A stretch of DNA of 38,739 nt from Paraglomus brasilianum. Its lineage: Eukaryota. The first letter of the stretch is position 1. Each line of letters opens with the position of its first letter. Positions 24,301-37,765 of this stretch are shown piece after piece. A program made the translations under genes and the position numbers. Under the pieces are notes generated by a model, which made no database searches, was not told where the DNA came from, and worked only from the letters and a program-made list of their open reading frames with translations. Where the stretch lies: positions 1-38,739 of the forward strand of contig CAJVPI010000253.1 in the NCBI GenBank assembly GCA_910592345.1. Direction: 5' to 3'.

Positions 24301-24947
24301 TCATCGTAGACGTTGAGCACGTTAACCACGTCCCCATGTTCCAAAACATCACCAACAGTATCTCTAAACTTCAAAGCCAACATTCCTACATCATATAACA
24401 ATCCCACTTCCAATGGCTCGTAACAATTCTGATCTATTCCCGAAAATTTAAATGCATATTCAGCTTCGATCTGCCTGGCCAATCGTTCAATTGACAATGA
24501 TTTGTCGATTGTAAGTGGAAATGATACGTATGGTGGAATGTTTACGCCTATTTGAATGAAGGAAGATATACTCTTCATTGTACGGGAGAAGCCTCGTTTG
24601 TGAATTTGGGGATGTGATTGCATGGGGTTCGGCAAGACGGGTGAGTTGTTATTGGTTTTACGAGTGTCGTTAGTAGCGCTCTCGATATTAGCTACAGTAG
24701 CAGAGCGAGTGTGTTTGTTGCGGTTACTTCCGCTACTGTTTTTTCTTATGCTTAAGCTCCCAGAGTGATGGTGAGATGAGTTTGTTGTATTATCGATTCT
24801 TGGATTGTAGAGAATAAAGCCAGTGTGTAAAGTAACGTCCTGGTTGTCCCGTGACTGTAATGAGCGATGGGCGGTAAGTTGGTGGTTGGGACGTTTAACA
24901 GAAGGATGTTGACCGTTAGTGAAAGGGTGAGTGGATTCCGGATCCAT
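21394..24947 (-). CDS. RGS-domain protein (~1090 aa, 3 exons) with N-terminal ubiquitin-like domain and C-terminal KLxxxFG repeats
   Basis: Exons 24299-24947, 23500-24147 and 21394-23369 are in phase. RGS signature FQKFTVREYSVENLLFWLDVE...AKYIYLTYV...APLQVNL...FDEAQEAVYQLMKGHTFVRF. Confidence 0.9.
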
Positions 24948-27900
24948 TACAATATGAAATTGAATTATATTAACACGTGAGAGCCTGCAATAAGGTTGGT
25001 GTTTTGAATGTTGTATGAACAGTAGAGAATGCGCTCTATGTGGTATCGAGTGTTGTACTAGAAAAGCAGTTTATTCGAGTGTTGATATTATGTTTACTGT
25101 TGTGGGTACGCAGTGTTGCAAATACGCAAGTGAAGTATATAAACAAGCAGCCTGCGCCTGATATAGAGAGGAATAGGAGATGAGAGAGAGGGGAGATGCT
25201 ATGAGTACAGTCTATTTATGTCTAATATTAGAGTATATTATTATAACAAAATTTTTTTTATTTTTAAAGTTCTTCTGCCCTCACAACGAGAGGGGCGATG
25301 AATGAAGGAAGAATGAGGACGGGGGGAAAGGGAGGGGATAAAATATGTGTGAAATAAGATATATATAATATAGTCTAATTTGTGTATATTGGGTTTAATA
25401 TACACCCAAATATAGTAGACTGTATATTTTTATAGTCGCTATTAATAATGATGATGTACTTGTTATACTCGGGACCATACTTGCGAAAATTGTGTGACAC
25501 TCAAGGGGAAATAATTTAAAGAAAGATACTCTAATGAGGTTTTCATGTTTCAATGACAAGCAGTGTTAATCCAACCGGAAACGAGACTTGACGTAGAAGA
25601 GAAGATGGAGGAAAAAAGAAGATGGGAAAGGACGGGGTTTGTGATGGTTTTTGTATTGTGAGTAACATGGGTTAACCGTTCTCGGATAAGATATAAAGTA
25701 CTATGCTGTATATAATATATAGGTCATACAATTGTATTCACATGCACTTATATTAAATAATATTATAATGATAGTGTGTGTATGTGTGTATGTGTGTATT
25801 AGAGTATCAGTATATTGGTATCGTTTCTTTCAGTTACGTCACGTGAAAATTGAGAATATACATCCTGAATGACATACGCGTAGTTCCATTTTATCTAGTG
25901 ATTTCGTTTGTTAGTATGCAATATCACCTAGTTTCTTTGATTAAAGTATCCCGGATCTTTATGCATTCAGTAGTGGCAGTAATTAATACACGGGATGTTT
26001 TTATTTCGGGCAAGCTTCATTTAGTTTGGCCCTTTATGTCGGAAACCTGCGGTATTCACCGATACTAATACTAATCACATTCTTTGCTTTGACGTTATCG
26101 GAGTGAAAAGACCGTTCCATTCAACAGAATGGTGAATTAATCGAAAGAAATGGATCGTCCATAGTCTGTTATTCATATCCGAAAAAGCAAAGCAAAGAAA
26201 AATGACCAGTGATCACTATTAATAGAAACGTCTTCGGAGGGAGGAACCCTGCAGCGAAAAAGAATGAATTGAAAATGAATGAATAGAAATATCTCCGAAT
26301 CTTTTCATAATGGCAAGTAAGGGATGTTGAAATCAATGCTCACTGTCTCATCTCTGGAAAAAGGGGGATAAAACCGATAAATATCTTGTTAGCATTTCCT
26401 ATCAATTGACATTCCATCTATTTTCGTCTGCTAATGCTGTAAATGATGCGAAACCATCAATCACATGGAGTATAAAAAATAAGAAGCTATAAGCAATTGT
26501 TTAGCATTGATTCTTGAATAGGAAATACACTAACCAAATTCAAGCGTCTCTGGATTCAGCCCAATTATAGACACAGCAGGGCGATTAATAACAATTGACT
26601 GCCGAACTGCTTTTGATCATTCATTGCATTGCGGTTCCATACGTTAAAGCTTTTGCAATGATCACACACTGATGTTGTAGAGGCTGCCTTTGTAAAAATC
26701 TCTTTGTATATTCCTTTCAGTTTAGTTATTGTTATGCAGTACACACACAGTCTCTCTTAACCTAAAATGAATCGTTTCTTGTCTATAAAGAGTAGGTGTC
26801 ACATGACGTAATAACATGATCAACAAAGAGAATTGACCCTTGAGAGTTTGGAAGATTCGTAACCTTTATATTATTTGGTTTTCTGTGCGTGCTTTATTTT
26901 ATCATGGACAGCAAACATGTAAATATCGACAAGTAGTGAGTGACAGCAACGCTTATCAGGCGATGAACGGATTATACTTGCATCAGCGTTCAAACTCTGT
27001 TAAGATAGATTCATCTTTGTGCATCTTGATTATTTGCATTAAACCAGATTTCTTTTTGCCACAATTTCAAGCTTGTAATGTCACTGCTAATAGACTGAAA
27101 TATCTGATAGCCTTGAATTTTAGACATACCGTATTATGCAGACTCTGTCTTTCAAACTCATGGGTAGATCATAATTTCTCCCAGTGTCCCGCCTCACTGC
27201 GTTTTGGAGTGTTAAGGACGAAATGTATTTTCTGACATAACAGAATTCATGTTCTTTTTTATCGCCTCCCGAGCCTTGACTCGCATTCTGTGTTAAAAGT
27301 TGCACTCGAGGTGGAACATATATTTAATTGTGATCCAAATATTAACGGAGTCCCCGGAATTTAATGACAAAGTGACCATGATTATACAGTTAAACCGATT
27401 CATTTTAAGGTTGTCGGATGAATTAATATTACCTACTTTAAGTCATCAACGAGAGAAATTATACATGGACTTATCATCTTCCTACGACGAAGAGGTAGAG
27501 CATAACAATCATTCTCTGGCCTTTTGTAACAAATTTATTCTAATAATGGTGTCAGTTTAAATTAGGAAAAGAGATCAGCTTACTGCTCCAAGTTTATGCA
27601 TTCTAATCACAAGATATTGATTGATGTTGTGTCTAAACGATCGAGATGTCAATTATAGCCCACAACCGAAGTGTAGACACTAACTTTTTTTTGCTTAGTG
27701 CGGTTTATCTCGAATAACACAAATATCGATCGTAGAAGCAAAAAAAAAACAAAAAAAAAAAACGTGAAACAAAACACAAATACGATTTTATAATTAAAAT
27801 GGGCACATATGATATGATACAAATAAGCAGTTATTATTAGGTCGTAGAAGGCTGATTAGTAGTAAATAATATTCGGTTTCAATCCAGTTGTGATAAAAAC

Positions 27901-29176
27901 AATGCAACCCAAAAGGTTTTGATGCATTATTTATCCGACAACAGCAAAGCGAGAATTACAGGCCAGGCAATACCGATTTTTGCAAAATACATAACACAAA
28001 ACCAAACTTGTGTGCTGACTAAAGTTCGGAGAAGCAAAGGCCTTCGCAAGTTTGTTTAGCGAATGAAATTAAATGACTTTTTATTGATGAGCAACACATG
28101 AGCCTGTCAAAAAATACTCCAAATTTCGTGCAAAAGGAAATTATAATTTTCTTATCAATGCACACGCGGGGTCCAGGCACGGGAGCATTCTTCGAACACC
28201 GATCATTATTCATTGCATGGTTCTGACATGTTAATTGTGATATGAGTTGCTCACCAGAATATAGAACTAGAATTGCTATTACCGCAAGGTCATATCGAAA
28301 GGTCATATAAAGTATTACGAAACAGCGATCTAATCAATTATGGTAAAAGCATCTTATTAGAAATATTTGGATCTGCGTATACTTTCGTACTACCTGTTAT
28401 GAACTTTGTACCAATTCTGGAACCTATGAGACAGAGAGAAAACTCGATATACTGGCAATTAGAAATAAAGTTACAGCTATATTCCCACGATTTCATCCTT
28501 CGAATGAAAGTAAATACGGCTCAAACCTTAATTTTGCCTTTTATTAACACCAGAAAGACTGATTTATCATTTGCAATGTTTCAATTCGAACACCAACTTT
28601 ATCACGATTCAGTTAAGCTTGCTTTCTCACATTCGGAAAGATGAATAAATGAATTGAACCTTATCTGAAGGCGTAATACAAATTTTATTAATTAATAAAT
28701 CTTTTGGGGCGAAATGCGTCAATAAATTTTGTCTACAATAAAGAACATGTTTTGTTCTTGTATTGTTCTTTAAGTTACTGGGTCGATAAGGTTCATTATC
28801 ATTCTTGTGTCTTAGTAGTTCTGTTGGTTCGCTTTAGTATTCCGTAAGTAGAGACTTGACGGTTGCTAATTGTATTGACATGCAAGTAAAATAGTCAATG
28901 GTAAGTCATTTTTGATGGTGTTTCATCCCCTTGTCTCCCTACTTACGTAAGCCAGTCAAAGCTATTCAATTTTTCTTTATAAGATACTGTTTTGATTGTT
29001 TACTGCCATTATATTAAGGCAAAAGAGATACTTTATGTCTGGCTTATTGTATGTATTATGCTTGACAATAACCAATGGCGCTAACTTGGATATGGTGTTA
29101 ACCTTTGGTGCAATATATGAAAAGTTAATATAGACTCGCATAGTGCGAGCATAATGTCTGTAGTTCCGTCATGATT

Positions 29177-32100
29177 CTATCTCAAATAACATGGTATTCC
29201 ATATACAACAGGCGCTGCTCCGATTAAATACTCTAATAAACAATCTTTTCTCGCCTTACTGACTGCTTGCACTAGCGAAATATGCGATCCATTATCTCTC
29301 TCATTGTTATCATGCGTGATACCCCACTCTCTAAACAGGGCCTTGCTAAATCTATCAATGTCTTTATCGGTCACATCCCACAGATTAGCCACAAGCGCAG
29401 GACTGTATTGATTTAACGTGAGTGAGACTCAAAATCGAATTGATAAACATAAAGCACACGTATATACATACCATCCAGCCATCATATAGCTAAGAGCTAC
29501 GCCCGATGGGTCAAACTCTCCCGCTGGTTGCAGATAACCGCTACTACATCCTATCAATAGTGACACTGCACATCGGTCGAGTTGACGTATGCGGTGGCTA
29601 CTAATGTATTGCTCGCCACTGTTGTGTCCAAAGTATCTAAAGAATAAAGGATGATTGTTTGTTACCTTGTCAGTGCATATGCTTTATGCATGCTATAAAC
29701 ATAATTTATAATATTTATAAACAACATACATGTAAAGGTCATAATTGGCAAGCCCATTTCTACATTCTTGTTCTAGTGGGGGCCGTCCGATTACTCCATC
29801 CCATTCAGGAAAACTAAACATGCCAAACAAGACAGCTCTTCAAATAATGTACATGCTACAAATAACCAAGGCTGTATAACAGTTTGACTCACCTTTTTAA
29901 ATAATCTTCGAATTCGTTTTGAGTATTTGAAAGATCTTTACTCGGATTGACCACATAATATGTCTTATTTCTATCTACGGTATAGTCCGTAGATATTCCC
30001 TCTGCATTACGTTTATTAACATGCTTCATTAGCACAATTCTATCTCTTAGGAACGACAGTGATGGTAACCGTGATACCGCTTGCGATCGTATACAAGGTA
30101 AACTCTCCCACGGAAGCATCTGGACGTTCTTGTCGAGGATTAGAATGACATGTTGATCATTCTTTGAAGATGAGGGATCGGTTGATGAAACCGACTTGTT
30201 ATAATCGAAAATAGCATCCCTGATGTCTACAACAAGCTTGTTGATCGAATGATAATAAATAAAATGATGACTATGTCCAGCAACAAAAAGCACTGCATAT
30301 ATAATTACCTGATCAACATCAATCTCATCATAGGCTATCGGTATATTATTGTATTGATATGAATCCAGTAGAAAATATATAATGTCCTCGATGTCGGTAT
30401 CTGATTCTTCCCTTAACCGACCAATAACCTTACATAAGTCTGGAAGTATCTCTAATCGTGTCGAGCCCTTATGACTACCCTTCTTATTAAGAATATCTTC
30501 CAACGCCTTAGCCATCAACGTTTCTAGTCTGTGTTTAAGTTGTGCCACTGCTTCTGGATCTTCGCAACTGTCTGCTATCAACATGCCCTAGTTAAAATAA
30601 CATTGATAAATACACAGAACACATCCTCGATTGCTCAATCGTAATTATGGCTACCTTAAATCCACTCAGCCAAAAGTTTTCTATATTCTCAAGTAGATTC
30701 CTCATGCGCATATCCAATTCCTTTCGATCTTCCCACCATTGATATTTCGTCTCTTTGGTCTCACATATCTTCCCCATAGTCTGAGCACTCCTAGCCAATA
30801 TATCGTCGAATTCAGCAATAACTTCTTCATAGGACAACCCGCCATCCTCTCCATTCTCAGATGATACTCTTCTTAGTGGCAATCTCAGAATAAATGGATT
30901 TGTTTGGCTACGTAATCGACATAAATACATGTCATTTGCATCTGTATCGATAGATATCGAACAGACTGTCCAATTGGATGGGAGAATATCAACAAACGCC
31001 GGCGAGAATTCACCGGGAAGTGCCGTTAGTTCTTTTTCGTATAATGATCGCAACTGAGTCAGATAGTCCCGCCTTGATTTAGTATCATCATCGAGTAGCG
31101 ACTCATCCATCATGATAGTTTGGGGACGCGTGACCGACGTGGCATCTGATATTGCACCTGGCCATTGTGTGTCGTCTTGCAGATATTCGGGATAAAGCTT
31201 CTCGTTTAACGCGGCAAGCATCTCCCTCTTGGCTGCAAATCCCTTCGTCATTTCTAAAGAGACGCGTACGAGTAAATATCACGCGATTGCAGGTCAATAC
31301 GTCTAGTGCTTACTCACCCAGATGATAAGCACACATCTCAGTAATATCATTACATTCTGTACGATTAATTATATTTCCATACGCTTTTATAATACTCAGC
31401 ATTGCAATCGCTAACGATGCATCCTGAGCAAGATAAGTAGGACCACAAGCAAATGCAAGATCGTAAGCTTCTATCAGATATTCATCAGCTTGTTCAATTT
31501 CCTGTATTGTCTCAGCAGTGACTATAATATTAGCTTTTCTTCGTCCTCTACGATTGAGTTTTGCGTCTCCAGCATTCATTATGGGTGGCAGGCAGAGGAC
31601 TATCAACAATGGCAAGCATTAATAATATTTGGAACATGTAGCAAACATTTGCAATACAAAAAGCTGCTAGAATTCTCCAAGTCACACCTGAATCACGCAG
31701 CATCTGATACGTTGAGAATGGCTGTTCTAATATTTTAACAATTCTCATTATTTGTATTTTACCGAGTATAAGAAGATGTTCAGCCTATGTTCGTAACGTT
31801 GTTTGTTAATAAAAATATTGTCAACATAAATCTGACAACCGGGAAATGTCATAGTAAATTGACCCGCTAAGTTGAATTTGTTATTTCAATAACAACGAGT
31901 AAAATACCTTCTCTAGTATAGACATGTTAAGAATAAACGCGTTCTTGAGAAACTTCGATGCGTCTTCTATTTTTCCTTGTTTGCTCATCACCAGCCCAGC
32001 GCGTCGTAAAAGATTGGCTTTCATATAAGCAAGCAAGAAACATTCAAACTGGACAGTACCTATGAATTCATGTATTTAATTGATGTAAGAATTTCTGCCA

Positions 32101-35100
32101 TTGTGATGCGTGTTATTCTACTAAACAACTTGTTCATTTTGAATAATGCATACTGTCAGCAGAAGTCTTCACTACAGGCGTTCTCGCTGGTTGAATAGTT
32201 AGCAGCTGTTTGGCCCTTGGAGTTTGAAGTACATTGTCGCTATAAAAAATCAAATGTTTAGTCTTCTATCAAGCAAAACACAAGTCTCAGTCTCTAAAAG
32301 TAAAAAGAACTTACCTCAAATCAACACGCTCGATCCGCATTATATATTCTTCTCCCATAATGTTTGTTAGAATGTTTTCAGCTGCATTATAAGATTGTAA
32401 TGCTTGATCATAATCGTGTAATCTATACTTGAGATCTCCCAAACATAAATTTATTTTGACTTCTTCCCGTTCTAAAATAGAAGTCTGTCTCTGCATCAAA
32501 GCAACCTCATTCAATAAATCATTGCTCTCTTTCCAACAATGTTTTCTGTATTGTAATTCGGCAATATTCAATAGAAAAGAACTCATCACAGTATGTGCAT
32601 TGTTAGACTGAGCGAGCTGTAGACCTTTGTTAAAAAAAAATTCGGCCTCTTTGATTGAACCGCGTAAGCCAAAAAGCTGTCCCAACCGATCATAACATTC
32701 GAGCAATCTCTACAACATTTACATTTCCGTTAGAAATATACAAACGTGAACACACACAAGGCAATTAGAATCCAATTACTTTTGTTACGCGTAATTTCCA
32801 TCGTTGCGCTGCCAATGTCAATACCGATTTTTCTTTATCGACTCGATTTTTTCCATCGAAATCGCTATTGACGAGAAACGGATTAGACTCGACCGGATCT
32901 TTACATCGAATTCGACCTGTTCTATCTATATTTGATAACAGCCTACTAAGAATGCGCAGGGCCTTTTTTCCATCAATAATAGCGTCATTCAGTAAACCCT
33001 ATTCGAACACGACGATACGAGTGAGTTCTCGACCAATCGATATTTCTGCCACAAGATTTTGCCATACTTACATGTCCCATCAAAATACACGATCGCGTCC
33101 AAGCAGCATCAGCAAGCAATAGCTGCTCGTATTTCATCCGCTTAGCAACCTTATCCATGTTCGTTTTGTTCTTACTCTCAAGACGAGCAATTGCAAGTTG
33201 CCTCGCCTCATCAAACACATTACAACTTTTGAAGATTAATAAACTGTGAGCTTAATACAAAATTTTCACACAGCTTTTCAAATACAGTATCATTGCTGGT
33301 GAGGCATGCGATAAACAGTCATTTTAACCTTTTCTCCACATGACCAATCGAGCTCATGTATCGACAGTAACCCAGCATCCATAATAAACGATGGTCAGTT
33401 TGACAATATGTGCTTTCCATAATCTTCTTTGCCTGAGACCAGGATAAGCCAGCTTTTCCCGTATACCCAAGCTGTAAATATGTTTGACCAAGCTGATTGA
33501 AAATACACACACTGTCTGTAGATGGAGTAGACAGAGAGCGTAATGATAAGAGAACTATTGTAGTATGACATGCTACCAGAAACATAGATTACCTGACAAC
33601 GATTCGTCGACATTTTCTCGAACGCCATTGTTAAACCTCAATAGCAACTTTAACGTCAAGATCAAATAAACCGGTTGCTGTACTGACTCTAAAAAATCCG
33701 CCAACATCTCTTAATAATTGGTCAAGGGGGAACATGCGCAAAACTCATCACGTCGTCTCGTATGCACATCGTCTCGCACGTACATCTAGCATTTCCACAT
33801 CTATCCTATCACTCCCATTAGTTAAGGATACGAAGATGCTTGTAACATCCCTCAACATCATCCAAGCATTCCCTCACTTCCTCCAGCTTCTTCCCAGACA
33901 CAGTCCCCTCATTACCACGCGGGGGTACGTCAGCTAAAATAATCTTCCACAAAGCCAACGCAAGCTTGAACGTGTCTGCGTATGGCTGTCCGAGTTCTTG
34001 AGAGGTGACAGCAACCCAGGAATACGCCATCGCTAGATAGTGATTGCGTAAATGTAAGAGGCCGACGTCATTTTTGAGATTCTTGCATAGGGTGACAAGA
34101 AAAAGACTTAGTTGAAAAATAGCAACAGTGATGACATAAAATCTAATTCAAGTTCGATAGAATACTTCGGCTTTGAGTAATTCTGTGGCGGAATTTAACG
34201 TGAATATAACGTTATTACGATCTTCAAGTAGTGGGCTGCATCTCATTAATTTCGCTTTTTCTATCAAGACTCTGATTTTTCCGGACAGAGAAAGCACGAA
34301 ACGCACGTTAAAATCAAACATAGATAGAGAATTAAAATCGGCGCAAGACTGCCCTTCGTAAGTGACTGCAAACCTCACCTCGCGTGTCTGATCGGATAGT
34401 CTGCCTTTTCATAAATATCTAATACGCTTTCGACCATTCTTCTCACACAAATCCCCCCTACGGACTGTCCAACGATCCTGATGACTCTCACCGCATACTC
34501 CATCAACGCGACTACATCCTTCTTGTCTACTGCTATACTAAGCAACAGCTTCATTATCGGAGTAAAATCTCCTTCCGGACAATCGAGATATGTTACTTTC
34601 ACAAAACGTTCGATTAATTTTGGAATAATGGGCGCGTTACGGGAAGAAGATAAGATCGAGTGAGAGGAAGCCAGAGTGGAAAATTGAGCTATTAATGTGG
34701 ATGGAATCGAAACCAGAGTCTCGGTATGTATGTGTATCGCTTTTCTGTAGTCATTAGCCTTTTAAATGGTATGCTCATTAAGATCGTGCCAAAATGAAGC
34801 GACCGAACAGCAAAGAGATAGTAATAATATATATTCTAAACCTTCTGTGCAATGTACGCGTAATGATCTCTCCATTCAACATAGGTCGATTCGATCGTAC
34901 GTGCATTCAAATGTGGTTTAATTAAGCACGCAATCTCATCATGGAACGAAAGCAATTTCCTGTACATAACGTTAACGTCTTTACGAAAAGAATACGGAAG
35001 ATCAATATTTTCATCCGTACAGGTACTACTCATGTCAAATTGTTGTGATTTCTGATATTTACCACATTTACATGTCTTCTCGAACTGGATTACGGATTTC

Positions 35101-36268
35101 AGCGTCAGGTCAAGAAGTGAAGGCAAAGTGAATCGTTCGGTTGTAACGAATATTTGCAATGAGAAAGATCGCAGATGTAATATAATTTCTGAATTATCGC
35201 CTTCAACACGTGGCGTTTAAATCATATTAGCATTAGACGATTATTCCTCAACTGTAAAGTCAGTTGATATACTCACCAGGTGACGTTTTGAGACTATTAC
35301 AGGCAACGGTGAGCACTCTCAATATGGCATCTGACTGTCTTCTTGCAACAGATGCATCGATACTTTTGCACCAATCAATGATATTTTTACGTAGCTGTGG
35401 TATCCTCGTTAAGTACTATAAAAAACCGTTGTATATACACTTATCTTGCTTCCAAACAAAAATACAGCCAAAGCGTCTCTTTAACGCAATTATCCCATCA
35501 CTCACCGTAATCCCCAATCCGTTTTCATACTCAGTCAAACACCTCAGACAATTTATGTGACATGCAAGAATCAGCTTCACCACCTCCATATTATTCGTTC
35601 CAATCTCGGATGGATACCAACACGCTTCACACAAATCAAGGGCCTCCGAGTCTTGTTTGATTTCTTGTTGTAAGAGACGACGAAATTCTAGCAACTTCTC
35701 CTGCAGTTTAGCATTTTCTCCATTCTTTTTTAAGGCTAAGAGACGAGTGCGTAGGTGGAGCAGCTGTGGGATGGCTTCTTGATGCTTGCATTTATTAAGT
35801 GAGGAGAGAAAAGATGACGCGCGTTATGGATATGTGTTTTCACATCATTAACGTTTACTCGATCATTGACCGGCGTAGTTTACTAACCCTCTTAAAATCA
35901 ACCATTTTAACAATAATATTCGAATACGCCTTTTCAATGTCTAGTGGCTTACAGCTAGTTTTTGCTTCTCCTTCCAAAACTTGAATACAGTACAATGTAA
36001 CCTCAACTAAACATTTGACCCTTGTTTTTATCACTTCACAATCAATACCGTTATTATGATTGTCTATCTGTTCTTTATACACTTTCGAGAGAGTCGACAA
36101 GCTCTGGTTGACTATTTTCTGTGCATAGCGTACACGTGTTGGTCGTGGAATGCGAGTTGTGCAGGAATTATTAGGCAATAAATCTTTTATCCGCCCAGTT
36201 ACAGTATCATTACATGTTTTCCAGTCCGAAAGTCTGTTAAGGATGGTTGGTAAGGTATTGGCTTTCAT
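29177..36268 (-). CDS. ESP1: Separase (peptidase family C50), ~22 exons
   Basis: LILDKNVQMLPWESLP...VSRLPSL, YVVNPSKDLSNTQ, YFGHNSGEQY (His 29624-29626), LLIGCSSG (Cys 29546-29548), ANLWDVTDKDIDRF, YLIGAAPVVYGIP. Upstream helical/TPR-like exons include LGYTGKAG. The junctions I traced were GT-AG and in phase; start ATG 36268 is tentative. Confidence 0.95.
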
Positions 36269-36605
36269 ATCGGTTAAGATAGAAGGTGATAAGTTGGTCA
36301 ATTGTCGTGGAGAGATGCGCGTCGTTTTGTTAACTAAGTCGAGTGCGCGTTGTATTTATTATTATCATTGTTCTATGCAATGGTGTCACAAAACACGAAT
36401 TGAAAAAATTCGGGAATACATTTGATTGATTGCACATGATTAATTAATAGCTTTTTACGGGGGCAGACTACAACAAAACCAGACAAAACGAACATTCTAT
36501 TATGTGACATAATGAGAGGCTGATTATGATGTGGCTGTAAAATTGACCAGTGTGACTGATGACGTTTTGAAAAGTAATAATGGTGTTCATTCATAATTTA
36601 TAGAC

Positions 36606-37048
36606 TTGCGAAAAACAACCGTAGATTGCGTGCAACATATTGTTGAGGTTGTGAAAAAATCAAGCACAGCGGGATTAAACAAGGCCTAGCGTTATGACAA
36701 CGAAAAAGGTTTTCAGTACTTAGATCTGAATTCCGTATTGGGGATTTTCTTTAAAAAATTAAATGGTTTACAAAAACGTCAGCATTTTCTGTTTGAAGCA
36801 GCTCATCCTGGAGTTGTCAAAGCCCGCTGGTTGTTAATGGTTCTTTTACTGAATTTAATTTGTTAAAACCCAGAAAAGCAAGTGATTCTGAAATTACCAA
36901 AGAAATTAAGTCCTTTTCCATCCTAGTACTAACTCCTCCTCCTTTGGATTACAAAAGGCAAGAGTATCTTTACCGAAACATTCGTGCATTTGTCAGAGAT
37001 GAATTTAAAGGTATTGCTTGTCCAAGACCAACCTATACCGGCAATTAA
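36606..37048 (+). pseudogene. C-terminal remnant of a Sola-like DNA transposase
   Basis: LRKTTVDCVQHIVEVVKKSSTAGLNKA*RY...FKKLNGLQKRQHFLF...PGVV | frameshift ~36830 | ...PLDYKRQEYLYRNIRAFVRDEFKGIACPRP; TAG at 36687-36689. Superfamily call is from recalled motif similarity; no TIR seen. Confidence 0.6.
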
Positions 37049-37267
37049 TAATATATTTAGACTAAAATCCTCTCCATAATTTCAATGCTCATTAATTTCC
37101 TTGCTGTCATTAAGTTCGTCTAATTTTTTAACGAATCTCGCTAGCTTTTACTGCTTTTAATTTTTAAAGCTTAAATAAAAAGAAATATTAAAATAATTAT
37201 ATATTTAATATCCCTCATAAAAAGGATATAAGTATATTGACAGAATAAATAAAATAAAAAGAAAAGT

Positions 37268-37765
37268 ATGGTAAATATCCTAAAAGAACAACAAGAAAAA
37301 AACAAAGAACTACTAAACGAAATCGAAACTTTGAAAAAACAATTAACCAATAAAGAAGAAGGCCTTAAACTAAAAATCTGAAATATCAATTTTCAAGCTG
37401 ATGAAACTGTTTATTCTCCTGGTCATTGGTGATACAAAAAATTAAGTAAGAAATGACTAGAAGAATCAAAGGTGAGAAGGGAAAATGAAAAAGTCTATTT
37501 TGACAATCTCTCCACTGAGGAAATGACAGAAGATTTTTTAAATCACTCAAAAGAGTTAGCTGAAACTTGCTCTAGTTATATTTCAAATTGAAGTAAAAGA
37601 GGTTATCAACTTACTGAACAAAAGAGAAAGTATGAAAAGAAGATCAAGGAATTAGAGGTGGAACTAGAAGAAAAAGATAACAAAATAGAAGAGTTAGACG
37701 ATGAAGTATGGATGGAATGGGAAGAGGCAGAGAAAGCACTAGATACAGCCATGAAGTGGAGAAAG
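37268..37765 (+). other. AT-rich intronless frame open only under genetic code 4 (TGA=Trp); candidate Mollicutes-related endobacterial DNA
   Basis: ATG 37268 is in frame with ORF 37658-38317. The only interruptions are four TGA codons (37379, 37430, 37454, 37589); no TAA/TAG or frameshift. Lys/Glu-rich coiled-coil composition. Confidence 0.55.

Noticed and set aside
25206..25424. TA-CAGTCTA...TAGACTG-TA possible MITE, with an internal gtgtatatt/aatatacac hairpin
   Set aside because: The inverted match is only ~7 bp inside the TA flanks before breaking down, in AT-rich promoter DNA.
25850..28644. Several 60-130 aa ORFs between the RGS gene and separase
   Set aside because: Mostly non-ATG starts, no motifs, no exon chain; treated as intergenic.
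37237..37255. TTGACA as a sigma70 -35 box for the code-4 frame
   Set aside because: No -10 hexamer at 16-18 bp spacing before ATG 37268.
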